The notes below the pieces were generated by a model. That model did no database searches and had not been told where the DNA came from. It saw only the letters and a list, made by a program, of their open reading frames with translations. This document shows, piece by piece, positions 63,880-64,000 of a stretch of DNA of 64,000 bases (within the stretch, counting starts at the first letter, position 1; every line of letters begins with the position of its first letter). Position numbers and translations under genes: made by a program. The stretch comes from Chrysemys picta bellii. Its lineage: Eukaryota. The stretch is from positions 6,138,001-6,202,000 of the forward strand of contig NC_088794.1 in the NCBI RefSeq assembly GCF_011386835.1, written 5' to 3'.

Positions 63880-64000
63880 GGACAGAACATAGAACTGGGA
63901 GTTAGTGGACCTGATTTCTGTTCCCAGCTCTGCCACTGGCTTTCTTCATGACCGTGGGCAAGACACTTCACCTCCCTGTGCCTCATCTGTAAGATGGGGG
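63880..64000 (+). mobile_element. MIR/CORE-like SINE fragment
   Basis: TTCCCAGCTCTGCCACT...GACCGTGGGCAAGACACTTCACCTCCCTGTGCCTC ATCTGTAAGATGGGG. Confidence 0.7.

Overview
This is vertebrate genomic DNA, most likely from a turtle, judged by the turtle-type CR1, Penelope and Harbinger/hAT repeats. It is part of a class II olfactory receptor (OR) cluster. It holds five intact single-exon OR CDSs (four OR5-like, one OR10-like) and two OR remnants. A ~1.55-kb macrosatellite occurs as two oppositely oriented arrays (1-5155 and 38047-41887); these belong to a large inverted segmental duplication whose left arm carries a gutted OR copy. A GC-rich island (~13.9-24.9 kb) hides an apparently intact 11-exon, 597-aa gene resembling the Maestro/HEAT-like-repeat (MROH) family on the minus strand, next to a decayed Gypsy element. 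Other notable items are paralogous OR promoter cassettes with homeodomain and O/E-like motifs, two Penelope-derived minimal hammerhead ribozyme motifs, and a decayed intronless ORF (signal peptide plus Ig-like domain) that resembles a retroviral env. There is a 500-N gap at 26684-27183. All alignments were done by eye and no database searches were run.
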